DNA from: Octopus sinensis
Taxonomy: Eukaryota
Assembly (NCBI RefSeq): GCF_006345805.1
Contig: NC_042998.1
Location: forward strand, 99,510,001 to 99,574,000
Length of the DNA: 64,000 nucleotides
Direction of reading: 5' to 3'
Below are positions 61,356 through 64,000 of the stretch, piece after piece (the first letter of the stretch is position 1; every line of letters starts with the position of its first letter). The notes beneath the pieces are model-generated. The model made no database searches. It worked only from the letters and a program-made list of their open reading frames with translations, and was not told the origin of the DNA. The position numbers were made by a program, and so were the translations under genes.

Positions 61356-61646
61356 TGTTATATTTTGGGATGGTCATTTTTTTTGACAAATAAACACACG
61401 CACTATATATTCGTTCTTCAGTCGTTTATTACTGTTCTTATTCTAACTGATGTCCATTGTCCGGAAATCTTCCGTCACACAACTGTGACCTTTTAAGGGA
61501 TACTTTCCGTCTTTGTGTATGCTCCAGCTCCACTTAGTCTATTGTCAGAAAATGGCAAAAAAGAAAAAAAAGAGGCCATCCCGAAAAATAGCAATATCTA
61601 TTTCAACACACGGTTTCACATTAGGAAACTTGCAAAACAAATGCAT

Positions 61647-61728
<82 letters not shown>

Positions 61729-62069
61729 TATATATAGACATATATATATAGACACTTAAAAAGTAATACACAATTAAATATATAAAAATTAAAATAAAAT
61801 TAAATAAAAATATGAATGTTTTCATATGAAATCGAGAAACCTTGGCATTATCTATTCACTTGAATCTCCGATCAATGTCATAGAACGAGTGTGAAGAAAT
61901 AAATGCGTGGAAACAACAATACGTCTTAGGATATCGTCAGACAATTTCCTTTTCCACCGTAGTATGAATGGCAGGAACTGGGCTCAAATCAATGACGGTT
62001 GTCTTTTAATGTATGTGCATATAAATGTATGTGGATATAAAGCAGTCAATAAATATCAATCCAATTAAG

Positions 62070-62145
<76 letters not shown>
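60821..62145. repeat. Cluster of (CA)n and (TA)n microsatellites
   Basis: Runs at about 60823-60891, 61020-61105, 61324-61352, 61649-61750 and 62074-62145. Confidence 0.9.
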
Positions 62146-62147
<2 letters not shown>

Positions 62148-62662
62148 TTCGGCACATTAACAACGAGATTGCAAACTTCAGTCCGCCAGTAGATTAAATA
62201 TGAGAATATAAGAATAGCAACAATGAATGACGCCTGCGATTGTATCTTGAAAGCATTTAGTCACACTAATAGAAATTCCCTTTTAATGATGTAACTGGAA
62301 ACCGTTTCTATTGTATTTACCAACACTAAACGTAAGGCAAATAAATTAACTATGTTCATTATTCATTATATTAAATATAAACATTTACACCAACAAACTG
62401 GGCAACATTTTAAATGTCAGAACATTGTCTTCTATAGAACTGTACCCAACAACCACGCCTTGAAAAAAACAGAAATTCAACTACTTTTCTACTATCTTAT
62501 ATATGTGTATATGTATATATATAAGAGCTAACCAGGGAAACTTTTATTTAGTAGCCAGACTTGCTTCAAACAATAAACAAATCGCCTTCAAATTAAACTC
62601 TATTGTTTTATATATAAGAGAGCAGGCAAAAAAGCCTGGGTTATAAAAAAAACATTAAGTTA

Positions 62663-63279
62663 AACCCAAAGGCCTTCTTACACTATGCCAAAGAAACAGC
62701 CTCAGTACGCTGCAAAATAGGACCCCTGTTCCAAAAGGATGGCTCCCTCACAGATAGTCCAACCAGGATCAGTGAGGTACTGAATGACCAGTTCACAAGT
62801 GTCTTTACCATCACGCCGGAACACAAATAAGTGAATGAACCAGTGGATTTCTTTGCCGCTTCCCCTCTAACCAGCGAGGCAGTTACGATGGATTACATCA
62901 ACGTTTGTGAAGAAGATATACTACTAGCCATAGGTGAGGTGACGCAAACTTAACTGCTGGTCCTGATGGTTTCCTAGCAATCCTCAAACTGTTTAAGCGT
63001 GCAAATGACAGGCTGACAAGCAAACTGAAGGAGGGAATAATATGCCCAATCCATAAAGGAGGGAGCAGAGCAGATGCCAAAAACTATAGAGCTATCTCTC
63101 TGACTTCACACATCAGCAAAGTCATGGAACGGATAGTCAGAGGGAAACTAATCACATTCCTTGAAGAAAACGACTTGCTGAGTGGTACCCAGCATGGCTT
63201 TCGACCAGGTAGGAGCTGCCTAACCCAGCTCTTACAGTACTATGACTAGGTGTTGAGGCAGTTACTCAACAACTCAAAT
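62663..63279 (+). pseudogene. Non-LTR retrotransposon (CR1/L2-like) reverse transcriptase fragment
   Basis: NPKAF..Y, IGPL, LNDQFTSVFT, AGPDG, PIHKGGSRADAKNYRAISLTSHISKVMERIV, QHGFRPGRSCLTQL; stops and frameshifts. Confidence 0.88.
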
Positions 63280-63303
63280 ATACATATACATACATACATG
63301 CAT

Positions 63304-63356
<53 letters not shown>

Positions 63357-63383
63357 CACACATACATATATATATATAGATAC

Positions 63384-63416
<33 letters not shown>

Positions 63417-63719
63417 CATATATATATACACATACATATATACATACATATATAAATATATATATATATGTGTGTGTGTGTGTGTACATATATATATATA
63501 TATATGCATATATAAATACATATATATACATAAATATATATATATATATACATACATATATATATATATATACATATATATGTATATTTATATACATATA
63601 TTTATATACACACACACATATATATATATATACATATATACATTTATAGATATATATACACATATACATATATATACATATATATATATACATATATATA
63701 TATACATATTTACATATAT

Positions 63720-63775
<56 letters not shown>

Positions 63776-63896
63776 ATACATATATAGAAACATACATATA
63801 CATATATATATATATGTATATATATCTATATGTATATATATACATGTATATATATACATATATACATGTGTATATATAATATATATATACATGTGT

Positions 63897-63953
<57 letters not shown>

Positions 63954-63990
63954 ATATATATATACGTATATATGTGCAGATATACATATA
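63280..63990. repeat. Long compound (TA)/(CA)/(TACA) microsatellite
   Basis: About 700 bp of dinucleotide low-complexity sequence. Confidence 0.95.
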
Positions 63991-64000
63991 AAAGAAATGA

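Noticed and set aside
61445-61512. Third hammerhead-like arrangement on the minus strand (CTTAAAAG-GTCACA..TGTGAC-GGAAG)
   Set aside because: The hairpin is present but both catalytic core boxes deviate; at most a decayed Penelope-like relic
63246-63879. Long Y/I/H/T-rich ORFs (also around 60.5-61.8 kb)
   Set aside because: Translations of microsatellites

Overview
AT-rich eukaryotic genomic DNA, most likely an octopus (inferred from the SINE landscape and the molluscan-type gene). Bases 794-30909 hold the 3' three-quarters of MED14 (Mediator subunit 14) on the + strand. I could reconstruct 25 coding exons with consistent splice phases (1083 aa plus stop), and one intron (14491-16537) is a minor-spliceosome U12-type intron. 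The rest is transposon-rich intergenic DNA. A decayed hAT/Buster DNA transposon (39622-47840) carries a nested young Ty3/Gypsy LTR retrotransposon (39771-44825, tRNA-Trp primed, with a -1 frameshift signal). A non-autonomous LTR element (56650-59309) shares that element's termini, PBS and PPT. There is also a CR1-like RT fragment, plus many SINEs, MITEs and microsatellites. The most unusual signal is a head-to-head pair of related non-coding elements at 48.5-50.1 kb. Each has a TATA box followed by a type I hammerhead ribozyme core (retrozyme or Penelope pLTR-like). All calls were made by eye, with no database searches.
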